Origin: Candidatus Altimarinota bacterium
Lineage (GTDB): Bacteria > Patescibacteriota > Gracilibacteria > UBA1369
Assembly (NCBI GenBank): GCA_963677745.1
Contig: OY782391.1
Span: forward strand, 1,024,001-1,088,000
Direction of reading: 5' to 3'
DNA length: 64,000 nt
Shown here piece after piece: positions 19,153 through 27,611 of this stretch. The stretch's first letter is position 1. The number at the start of each line of letters is the position of its first letter. The notes below the pieces were generated by a model. It was not told the DNA's origin. It made no database searches and was given only the letters and a program-made list of their open reading frames with translations. Made by a program: the position numbers and the translations under genes.

Positions 19153-21042
19153 TTATTTTTTCTCCGGACGGGTGCACTCTTTCATCTCGGCACGGAGTCT
19201 TTCAAAAATCCGCAGCCGTTCAGATTTTCGTTTTACTTTTTCTACTGCTTCAAAACCGAAGTAGGCGGTCATAATTTTTTCCCACCGAAGATAATTCTCT
19301 GTGTCTAGAGACGGAAAGGAGGACCTCACTTTTTTCAGATCGGGAAAGATGTCCGAGGCCGCAACATTTTCACTGTCCAAAAGTTCCGGGTAAAGGGCGA
19401 GATACTTGAATTGCATAAAATAAATGGTGTCTTTATGGGCCAGCAGGGCATCCACCAGTTCTTCGGAAAGAGTTGCACCCAGAAAGCCCAATTGGACATA
19501 ACGTGTCTTGGCAGCAGCAATTTTGTCCAGATCGGCCGGTGTGACATCGTTAATTTCCAGAAAATGGATACCGCCTAAATTTTCCAGAAATAACTGTTTT
19601 TCCTCCTCCTTGATGGGATCCTCGGTTGGCAGTGAAAGAGCAAATGGATTCGACTTTCGATTTTTGTATGCCGAAAGAAAAGCTGGTGGAAAAGCGTCAC
19701 CAAAAGTCTCGATTCTGAATGTTTCCGGAGGATTGTTCCACATTTCTTTATAGGCATCGAACTGATAGTTCGTGGAATGGTCAAGTATATAAGATAAACA
19801 GCAATTAAAAGATCCTGTGCTTTTTAGATAATCTTTAATCTGTCTCAAGTCTTTTGCCGTCGGGGCGTCAATATTTAATTTTAATTGCAGCAGCAAAAAT
19901 TCAATCGAATAATATCTGCCCAGGTTAAACAATTCCAAAAGGTTTCTGGAGGGGTTCTGGGTGGGCAGGTCGTTCTCCACCAAAATAGTGACGCCTTTTC
20001 TTTTAGCCACCTCTTCGGCTTCCTGCGCCAGCTCTTGTTTGAGAGTGGCCTGTTCCTCTTTTGCCTTATCAACCAGGGCACTGACATCCGGATTATACAG
20101 GCGCAGAGGTCCTTTTACTGACGGTGAGGGAAAAGCGCTGTCGGTTTCTAAATGTGGAGGGGCCGGAGCATATAAAGGATTTCCGGTCTGCTGTTCCTGT
20201 TCGGCTTCTTCCTGACCCAGTACCGTTAGGACTGGTTTCATGTCCCTGCCAATAAACGAGGCAATATACTCACGGATTCCATAAACGATGGTGCCGCTGC
20301 TGTCCTCCTTGGTCACCAAAGGTATACCAGGTTCGATCGAAAGCATTTGTTCAGCTTCCCGGAGATAGAAAAGTGTCCGGCGATGCACACCGAATCCCTG
20401 AAAAAAGATATTATCCCGTTCTTCCGGATAAAGTCTTTCCAGCAGCATGGCTGTGTAGGCGGATTTGGCATCGCAAGTGCCACGATGGTCCTGCCCGCGG
20501 GACTTGCGGATGGCAAAACGGATTGCTGAAGAACGCAACGCCGAAAAGTTTTCTCCGCTGTTATCTGCCAGAGCGTCTAACTTGGCCAAAAATTCACGGG
20601 TGGGGTAGGCCGGTTTCAGGGGCAACAGGGAATTTACATCATTGTTCAATACCTCCCGCGCCTCCGCGGCTTCACTGGGAGTCATGCCCATGCCGGCTTG
20701 TTCACCGGAAAAACGAAAATCTTCGAAAGAGGGAATCACAAATGATTTCAGGTCCTCGCGGAGTTCTGTTTTTAATTCATCCAGCGCTTTTTGATCTGCT
20801 TTTCGGATTTGACGCAACTGATCCAGAGGGGTTTCGAACCAACTGTGAAAAGTTCCTGTGATTTTGCAGACACTTGTTCGTGTCTGCTGTCTTACAGCAG
20901 CGAGATCGGCCCCTTCGAAGGCCAGCCAATAGGAAAGCAAAGCCATCAGCAAAGTAACCGGCAAATTGGTCTGTTCCGGCAGGCGTTTTTCCAGCGGAGC
21001 ATATAAAGACTCTTCTTCCGGATTGGGTAAACTTTTTTCCAT
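19153..21042 (-). CDS. Hypothetical protein, possible transglutaminase/papain-like Cys-His domain
   Basis: Long ORF, probable ATG at 21042 (MEKSLP); RGTCDAKS...GVHRRTL. Confidence 0.65.
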   Translation of the reverse strand: MEKSLPNPEEESLYAPLEKRLPEQTNLPVTLLMALLSYWLAFEGADLAAVRQQTRTSVCKITGTFHSWFETPLDQLRQIRKADQKALDELKTELREDLKSFVIPSFEDFRFSGEQAGMGMTPSEAAEAREVLNNDVNSLLPLKPAYPTREFLAKLDALADNSGENFSALRSSAIRFAIRKSRGQDHRGTCDAKSAYTAMLLERLYPEERDNIFFQGFGVHRRTLFYLREAEQMLSIEPGIPLVTKEDSSGTIVYGIREYIASFIGRDMKPVLTVLGQEEAEQEQQTGNPLYAPAPPHLETDSAFPSPSVKGPLRLYNPDVSALVDKAKEEQATLKQELAQEAEEVAKRKGVTILVENDLPTQNPSRNLLELFNLGRYYSIEFLLLQLKLNIDAPTAKDLRQIKDYLKSTGSFNCCLSYILDHSTNYQFDAYKEMWNNPPETFRIETFGDAFPPAFLSAYKNRKSNPFALSLPTEDPIKEEEKQLFLENLGGIHFLEINDVTPADLDKIAAAKTRYVQLGFLGATLSEELVDALLAHKDTIYFMQFKYLALYPELLDSENVAASDIFPDLKKVRSSFPSLDTENYLRWEKIMTAYFGFEAVEKVKRKSERLRIFERLRAEMKECTRPEKK

Positions 21043-21144
21043 TGGAGGAGAATTAAAACACGAAAAAGCGTGCAAGTCAAAAACGGTGCTAAGTTGCTTC
21101 ACTCCAAGCCAATTTCATGATACAATAATATGAAAATTTAATTA

Positions 21145-22560
21145 TTGACCATGAAAATCACTTTTTGGGGAGCAGCTCGCGAAGTTACCGGATCCAGACA
21201 TCTTCTGGAAATTAACGGCAAAAAGATTCTTCTGGACTGCGGAATGTTCCAGGGACGTCGCAAGGATACCGAAGATAAAAACAAGAACTTTGGTTTTGAT
21301 CCGAAAGAACTGGACGCAGTAATACTTTCCCATGCGCATATCGACCACTCCGGCTGTCTGCCTCTGCTGGTCAAACAGGGTTACAAAGGACCTATTTACA
21401 GCACTTTTGCCACCCGCGATCTGTGTAACTTTATGCTGATGGATTCCGCCTTCATCCAGGAAAAGGACGCGGAATATATGAATAAAAAGCGCAAAAAAGG
21501 TGACAAGAAGGGTCCGATGATTACCCCCCTTTATGACTCGGATGATGCCCAACAGGCGCTCTGCCAGTTTTACGGCATCGGTTATGAAACAGCCTTTGTG
21601 GTCACGGACGGGGTGATCTGTTCATTCTACAACGCCGGACATATTCTGGGTTCCTCCCTGATCCATCTGTTGATCAAGGACAAGAAAACCAAAAAGACCT
21701 TTCGTTTCGCGTTTACCGGAGATCTTGGCCGAAAAAACCTGCCTATTCTTCGTGATCCGACCCCCATGCCTCCCACCGAATATCTGGTGACAGAATCCAC
21801 CTACGGCAACAGATTTCACGAATCAATGACCGATGCCAGCGCCGAACTCAAGGATATCGTCAATCGCGTGGCCAAACGCGGCGGAAAAATTATCGTACCG
21901 GCCTTTTCCGTCGAACGCACCCAGGAAATGATTTACCATTTGAACGTACTCTGGCAGAAAAAACAAATCCCCGATATTCCGATCTTTGTGGATAGTCCGC
22001 TGTCCGTCAATATCAGCGAAGTTTTCATCAACCATCCGGAATGTTATGACAAGGAGATTTATGAGGAATTTATCAGTAACCGCAAGAATCCCTTCGGTTT
22101 CGGAAGACTCCAGTACACGCACAGTGTGGAGGAATCCAAAGCCCTCAATAGTATCAACGGCCCGGCCATTATCATTTCTTCCTCGGGCATGTGTGAAAAC
22201 GGCCGCATTCTGCATCATCTCAAAAACAATATCGAAGACAGCCGCAATCTGGTTTTGATTGTCGGATACATGGCCAAAGATACTTTGGGCCGCCGCATTT
22301 ACGACAAGCAGCCGGTAGTGAAGATTTTCGACGAGGAATATCATCTGCGGGCGGAGGTACAGGTCATGAACGCTTTTTCAGGTCATGCCGACCGTTCCGA
22401 TCTGTTGGAATATATCACCAAAATCAAAGACCTCAAGCAAGTCTATCTGGTCCATGGTGAAGAATCCCAGAGTCTCAGTCTGCGCGATTACCTCAAGGAG
22501 CTGAAGATCAAAGCGGTGGATGTTCCGGAAAGGGGACAAAGTTATACAATGGAGGAGTAA
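21145..22560 (+). CDS. MBL-fold beta-CASP ribonuclease
   Basis: GAAREVTGS, SHAHIDHSG, AGHILGS, ESTYG, FSGHAD and LVHGE motifs. Confidence 0.95.
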   Translation: MTMKITFWGAAREVTGSRHLLEINGKKILLDCGMFQGRRKDTEDKNKNFGFDPKELDAVILSHAHIDHSGCLPLLVKQGYKGPIYSTFATRDLCNFMLMDSAFIQEKDAEYMNKKRKKGDKKGPMITPLYDSDDAQQALCQFYGIGYETAFVVTDGVICSFYNAGHILGSSLIHLLIKDKKTKKTFRFAFTGDLGRKNLPILRDPTPMPPTEYLVTESTYGNRFHESMTDASAELKDIVNRVAKRGGKIIVPAFSVERTQEMIYHLNVLWQKKQIPDIPIFVDSPLSVNISEVFINHPECYDKEIYEEFISNRKNPFGFGRLQYTHSVEESKALNSINGPAIIISSSGMCENGRILHHLKNNIEDSRNLVLIVGYMAKDTLGRRIYDKQPVVKIFDEEYHLRAEVQVMNAFSGHADRSDLLEYITKIKDLKQVYLVHGEESQSLSLRDYLKELKIKAVDVPERGQSYTMEE

Positions 22561-22664
22561 AGAGTTCCGAAACTATTTATAAAAATTTCCATTCGAATCC
22601 GAAGAAATTCTTGGAAATAGTTTTTTGAAGGTGGCAATATGGTGGGGATTTTAACCACCGTTCC

Positions 22665-24101
22665 ATGAGTGAAATATATGTCATCGACGATCTGCATCCG
22701 GAGGATAATGCCATGCTGCAGGCTCTTTACAGCCGTTCCCCCAAGGGAGTGATGGAACATGTGGAAAAAGTGCGCAAAGCTGATTCCGGCAATTTCATGG
22801 AAAGGTTTTATGTCGGTTACGGACATCTTTCGATTGCCGACTGTGGTTCCACCACCATTTTTCTGGAACACGTCAGTATGTTTGTGGCCAAAGCTGTCCA
22901 GGACTGGGCGCTCTACAGCGGACAGGAAGCCAGCACCCGCTACATCGATTATTCCAGGCAGCTGATTTTGAATCCGGCCGGTACGGCCGAAGGCCAGCAG
23001 ATCCAGGACAACTGGATGAAGTTTTACAACGAGGCCAAAGAACCGTTGCAGGCTTATTTGAAACTGAAATATCCCCGCAAAGAGGAGGAAATCGAAGCGG
23101 TCTATGACAAAGCCATCGCCGCCCGCAGTTTTGACATCCTCCGCGGATTTCTGCCGGCGGGAGCCACCACCTATCTCTCCTGGCATACCAACCTTCGCCA
23201 GGCCCACGAGCATATCGCCCTGCTGGAACACCACCCGCTGGCGGAAATCCGCGAGCTGGCGGTGCGGCTGCGGGCGGCCCTCTCGGAAAAATACAAACAT
23301 TCTTTTTCCCACCCCAAATTCCCCGAGCAGGAGGATTACCGGGCCAAAACGGTCGGGCAATATTCCTATTTTTCACCTGAAAATCATCCGGATTTTGAGT
23401 TCAGCCATAATCTGCAGTACGAACAGTTGGAAGAATTTTCCGACCTGCTGAAAACCCGTCCCTTCAAGACCAACCTGCCTTCTTTTCTGAATATGTTCGG
23501 ACAATGCACTTTCAAATTCAAACTGGATTTCGGTTCCTTCCGCGACTTGCAGAGACACCGAAACGGAGTTTGTCTGATGCCCCTTTTGAGCGCCAAATTC
23601 GGATTTTATCCCTGGTATCTGGAGCAGTTGCCGGAGCAGTTGCGCGCGGCGGCCGCGACATTGCTGGCTGAACAGGAAAAGGCCATCCTCGCCCTGCCGG
23701 TGGATGAACTGACCCGCCAGTATTATTTCCCCATGGGCTATACCATTCCCGTCACCGTTAATTACCGTCTGCCGGCTTCGGTCTATGTGGCCGAGCTGCG
23801 CAGCAATAAAACCGTCCACCCGACGCTGCGCCGCCGCGCCCATCAGATGGGTCTGGCCCTGCAGGAAAAAGTGCCTAACCTCAAAATGTATCTGGACCTG
23901 GATCCCGACGATTGGGATGTCAGGCGCGGCACCCAGGACATCGTCCGCAAAGATGATGCTGTTACTCAGGACATAACTATTAATAACAATGAAAGAATTT
24001 TCGATAATAGTGGGATTGGATCAAAACATGGGGATCAGCAAGGACGGACGGATTCCCTGGTTCCTGCCGGAACATCTGAAAAACTTCAGCAGGGTAACTA
24101 A
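22665..24101 (+). CDS. thyX: FAD-dependent thymidylate synthase, long two-domain form
   Basis: FYVGYGHLSIAD, GQEASTRY and DFGSFRDLQRHR motifs. Confidence 0.88.
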   Translation: MSEIYVIDDLHPEDNAMLQALYSRSPKGVMEHVEKVRKADSGNFMERFYVGYGHLSIADCGSTTIFLEHVSMFVAKAVQDWALYSGQEASTRYIDYSRQLILNPAGTAEGQQIQDNWMKFYNEAKEPLQAYLKLKYPRKEEEIEAVYDKAIAARSFDILRGFLPAGATTYLSWHTNLRQAHEHIALLEHHPLAEIRELAVRLRAALSEKYKHSFSHPKFPEQEDYRAKTVGQYSYFSPENHPDFEFSHNLQYEQLEEFSDLLKTRPFKTNLPSFLNMFGQCTFKFKLDFGSFRDLQRHRNGVCLMPLLSAKFGFYPWYLEQLPEQLRAAAATLLAEQEKAILALPVDELTRQYYFPMGYTIPVTVNYRLPASVYVAELRSNKTVHPTLRRRAHQMGLALQEKVPNLKMYLDLDPDDWDVRRGTQDIVRKDDAVTQDITINNNERIFDNSGIGSKHGDQQGRTDSLVPAGTSEKLQQGN

Positions 24102-24603
24102 GGCCACCGAACAGTCCGGCCGGACCAACGCGGTCATCATGGGACGCCACACCTGGGAGAACCTGGCCAAAGGCCGGCCTTTTCCCGATTTGATCAACGT
24201 CGTAATCAGTTCCAATGAGGATTTGGATCTGCCCGATGGCGTTTTACAGTTTTTGTCTCTGGACGAGGCGCTGCTGGCCATTTCCACCAGCAAAAAAATC
24301 GACCAGTTGTTTGTGATCGGCGGAGCGCAATTATTTGCGGAAGCGGTTTTACATCCACAGCTGCAAAAAATTTACCTCACCAAAATCGAGGAGGATTATG
24401 ATTGTGATCTGTTTTTTCCGGAGAGGATTCCCGAAGAGTTCGAAATAATTTCCGCCACCGACACGCTGGAAAGCGACGGACTGGAATACGCCCATCTGGT
24501 ATTGGGCAAGGAAGCCGATTTGGGCAACCAGTACTTTCTCCCCGACCGGCTGGCGGATGATGCAACGGACACGGAAGCGGAGGAAGAGGTAAATCGGGAT
24601 TGA
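23989..24603 (+). CDS. folA: Dihydrofolate reductase with acidic tail
   Basis: GISKDGRIPW, NAVIMGRHTWE, FVIGGAQLF and CDLFFP motifs. Confidence 0.92.
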   Translation: MKEFSIIVGLDQNMGISKDGRIPWFLPEHLKNFSRVTKATEQSGRTNAVIMGRHTWENLAKGRPFPDLINVVISSNEDLDLPDGVLQFLSLDEALLAISTSKKIDQLFVIGGAQLFAEAVLHPQLQKIYLTKIEEDYDCDLFFPERIPEEFEIISATDTLESDGLEYAHLVLGKEADLGNQYFLPDRLADDATDTEAEEEVNRD

Positions 24604-24640
24604 TAACCTGTCACGATTTCAGCTTTCCACGTTCTCAGCT

Positions 24641-25918
24641 TCAAATCTGGCTCAAAAATTTTCTCAGACTTTCCACCAGCTGGTAATCTTCCATTTTGTT
24701 GGCCAGTTCGATCATTTTCTGATAGTCCGAGCGGTGGGACTTCATTTCGGACAAAAGCTTCAGGCCGGCTACGCGCGCCTGGACTTTATTGTATTCCTTG
24801 GCATAGCAGGCTTTGACCATCTGACGGTTTCCCGCCCGGCTGAACAGCTCTCTGGCTCTGTCCAGCGAGCCGCTATTATATAGGGACAAAGCTTCCTGTT
24901 CATCGATATATTTTTTCAATTCATTATCACCTTTTTTGTCGGCGTAATAACGGGCGCTTTTAAACTGGTGATTGCTGACATTGTAAATAACGGCGTTATG
25001 AAAAATATCGGACAAAAATTTGGCATCAGCCTCCGTGTCCAGCCCGGATTTTTCCAGAAAAAAAGCGGCGTTTTCGAAATTATTGGTTTTTACGGCTTCC
25101 ACGGCCATATTGTGGTAAGCCGCTTTAAGATTCTTTTTTACCAGTTCGGTTTCGGAAGAAAGTGAGTTGGCCAAATGTGCCGCTTTGAGGAAGTCCCGCG
25201 CATCGATGTGGATTTGCTTGTCGCGGAAATCCGAAACATCCAGCAGATTGGTGGAAATCAGTTCCACTATCGGCAGGATTTTCAAATACTGGTCATATTT
25301 GGCGAATGAACCGCTGGTGGCTTCAATGTCGACGCCTTTAAAATGCAGGCAGACATGCTCCTTCATGATCTTGATCTGCAGATCTTCCAGTTTGAATTTC
25401 CGGGAATACAGAAAAGTATAAAAAGTCACAATCTGATTGCAGTCCCCGATCATCTTTTTCCCACCGTCCGGGTCGGCCAGCAGTTTACCGAAAGAGGCGC
25501 CCTCCAGATATTCAAATCTACCGGCACCGGGCCGCAAAAAAAGCATCATGGCCGTTATCAGCCGCAATTTCTCGTCATCGCCGGGCGCCCCCGGCACTTT
25601 CAGCCCCAAATTTCTCAGATTGTTGGCCACTGCTTTCAGATCAATCGGTGTTTTTTTCGAAAATTCCAGAAAAGTTTCCACTATTCTCTCGCTGTTTTTA
25701 TATAAACGTTTGCGGGTGGATTTGTTCAGATATTTATAGCCCTTGAACCTGGCCTCCAGCCACAGGTCCAGGATTACCAGATTGGACTGCATCAGCTCAA
25801 GAATCTTTCTCTGCGCCTCAAACACCCCCAGAAAAGCAATGTTCCTCAGGATCCGGTCAACGATCTTTTCCTGTTTGTCGGCATAGCGTGAAAAGGGATT
25901 CCAGACGGGTCTCAGCAT
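24641..25918 (-). CDS. Transglutaminase-like domain plus helical/TPR-like repeats
   Basis: GDCNQ...EHVCLH...DIEATSG. ATG at 25918 overlaps the stop of the upstream gene (TAATG). Confidence 0.65.
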   Translation of the reverse strand: MLRPVWNPFSRYADKQEKIVDRILRNIAFLGVFEAQRKILELMQSNLVILDLWLEARFKGYKYLNKSTRKRLYKNSERIVETFLEFSKKTPIDLKAVANNLRNLGLKVPGAPGDDEKLRLITAMMLFLRPGAGRFEYLEGASFGKLLADPDGGKKMIGDCNQIVTFYTFLYSRKFKLEDLQIKIMKEHVCLHFKGVDIEATSGSFAKYDQYLKILPIVELISTNLLDVSDFRDKQIHIDARDFLKAAHLANSLSSETELVKKNLKAAYHNMAVEAVKTNNFENAAFFLEKSGLDTEADAKFLSDIFHNAVIYNVSNHQFKSARYYADKKGDNELKKYIDEQEALSLYNSGSLDRARELFSRAGNRQMVKACYAKEYNKVQARVAGLKLLSEMKSHRSDYQKMIELANKMEDYQLVESLRKFLSQI

Positions 25919-26259
25919 TATTTCTTGGGGATGAAGGCTTGGAGTATGCCGTTGATGACAGATACGGCCAAACTGAACATCAAAGCCCACCAGAAATTAT
26001 CCACGGTGAAACCCGGAACAAACTGGGTGGCCAGCATCACCATCAGGGCATTGATTACAAAAGTCAGCAGTCCCAGGGTCAGGATATTGATGGGCAAAGT
26101 CAGAATCATCAAAACCGGTTTGATAATTGCATTGATTAGTCCCAAAACGATGGCAGCGACTAGAGCTGTGGTAAAATCCGGTACATGAATGCCGGGAAGC
26201 AGATAGGCCGTGAAATATATGGAAAGAGAAAACAGAATCCAGCCGGCAATAATCCTCAT
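25918..26259 (-). CDS. YvlD/DUF360 membrane protein (4-TM phage holin family)
   Basis: LGLINAIIKPVLMILTLPINILTLGLLTFVINA and GFTVDNFWWA motifs. Confidence 0.9.
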   Translation of the reverse strand: MRIIAGWILFSLSIYFTAYLLPGIHVPDFTTALVAAIVLGLINAIIKPVLMILTLPINILTLGLLTFVINALMVMLATQFVPGFTVDNFWWALMFSLAVSVINGILQAFIPKK

Positions 26260-26313
26260 TGTTTTTTATTTAATGACAGCTTCACCATACTTAAAAACCG
26301 GCTTTTTTTCAAT

Positions 26314-27006
26314 TCAGATATTTCCGTCAATCCAAAATTCCATTTTCAGATAGGGACCGCTGGGTGTCAGACAGAGGCAGAATATTCCGGCCTGCCCGAG
26401 CAGGTTTTGCAAACAAGCCATCATTGACGGGAGATTTCTGACATAGCCGGTGGTTTTGATTTTATCGGCAGTGCGTTGCTTGAGTCTCAGTCGGGTCCGT
26501 TTAGTCATTATACTGCGGGTGATGGCCAGAAAATAGGTTTGGGCCAAATTTTCGTCATCTATATCGGGAGGCACATTCACCTTGAATTCTGTGGTCGCAA
26601 CCGATTCAATCCTTTTTTCCGAATTGGAGTCGTATTCATACCAGGGTTTTCCGATGTTGGCATTTTCTTCGATCAGATTGTTAATGCCCAGTACCAGCGT
26701 ACGGTAATCCAGTCTGGCCGTGGACAGATCTGTCGGCTGCCCGGCCTCTTCTGCAGTCCTTGATGATTCTTTCTCCGCTCCGTCGAGCAGTTCAAAAAAA
26801 ACTTCCTCGTTTTTCGTAATCAGTTTTAAAGAGATACCGTCCAGGTAACATAGCTCTTCCCGAAAATTCAACTTCAACCGGTATTTTTGGCCGTTTTTGC
26901 TGTTTAAGACCCACAATTCTTTGGAAGGATCATTCTTCAACAGGGGGGTCAGAGTCAAGCCGTTGATTCCTTTGGAGGCGCTCCCTCCCATCCGATCCAG
27001 GCTCAT
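26314..27006 (-). CDS. Hypothetical protein
   Basis: Long ORF, probable ATG at 27006 (MSLDRM); divergent from the ncRNA candidates. Confidence 0.65.
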   Translation of the reverse strand: MSLDRMGGSASKGINGLTLTPLLKNDPSKELWVLNSKNGQKYRLKLNFREELCYLDGISLKLITKNEEVFFELLDGAEKESSRTAEEAGQPTDLSTARLDYRTLVLGINNLIEENANIGKPWYEYDSNSEKRIESVATTEFKVNVPPDIDDENLAQTYFLAITRSIMTKRTRLRLKQRTADKIKTTGYVRNLPSMMACLQNLLGQAGIFCLCLTPSGPYLKMEFWIDGNI

Positions 27007-27085
27007 GATGAACGTTAAAAATATTACTGAAAATACTATAACCCGAAAGTACAAAACAATTCAAGAAGGTGTACACAGCAGTAAT

Positions 27086-27113
27086 TTGCCTAAAAGAAAA
27101 TATTTGATAAGAT
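27086..27113 (+). promoter_or_regulatory. Sigma70-like promoter for RNA candidate 1
   Basis: TTGCCT-16 nt-TAAGAT, just before the first stem. Confidence 0.5.
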
Positions 27114-27117
27114 ACTT

Positions 27118-27510
27118 TGAAGCTTGGATTTAGGAAAAACAAAAACAAAACATACCTCCTACCAATTTGCTTCACCCGCCCCGCATTATGCCGGGCAACC
27201 CGACGGAGCTAGAAACCGTCGCGACAGAGGGAAGCCTCCAAAACAAAAATGCTCCTTAAAAAATAATTTACCCGAGTCAGAAGAAGTCATAAAAACTTCT
27301 GCCAACATCTCTTCCGACGCCAAACTTAAAAGATTGTATCTTTGCAGGGTTCCATGGAACACTCTCGGACAATCATCAATAGTTCACAGGGAAGAAAGTT
27401 TACGGCAACAAGTTAAAGAAAGCTTCCAACACTCATCCCGGTAAATTATTCCAGGGCAAACAGACACCTCATGGAACCCGACATCTAAAGTCGGGGTATT
27501 TCCATGTTTT
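27118..27510 (+). ncRNA. Candidate large structured ncRNA 1 (~390 nt), family unknown
   Basis: Many complementary segments, including the 11-bp AATAATTTACC/GGTAAATTATT; A-rich loops; terminal hairpin followed by TTTT. Confidence 0.55.
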
Positions 27511-27578
27511 GACAAGAAGTCAAAAATCTTACAAAGTATATTTCACAACCATGACAGAGGGCTGTCCAGACTCGTTTC

Positions 27579-27606
27579 TTGATTAATAAATTCTATCAGT
27601 TATAAT
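27579..27606 (+). promoter_or_regulatory. Sigma70-like promoter for RNA candidate 2
   Basis: TTGATT-16 nt-TATAAT. Confidence 0.7.
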
Positions 27607-27611
27607 GTTAT

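Noticed and set aside
25918-26259. Prophage lysis module suggested by the holin-family gene
   Set aside because: YvlD/DUF360 is a common chromosomal gene, and no adjacent endolysin, capsid, terminase or integrase is present.
27130-27160. Minus-strand AGGAGGT directly followed by ATG, giving MFCFCFS, a possible attenuator leader
   Set aside because: There is no spacer between SD and ATG, and the downstream gene is not an amino-acid pathway gene. It is the complement of the A-rich loop.
27124-27444. 106-aa plus-strand ORF (MDLGKTKTKH...) in the ORF track
   Set aside because: It has a TTG start within a few nt of the predicted TSS and inside a stem, low-complexity KTKTK from the A-rich loop, and no protein-like motif. 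Structured RNA explains the region better, though the ORF is not formally excluded.
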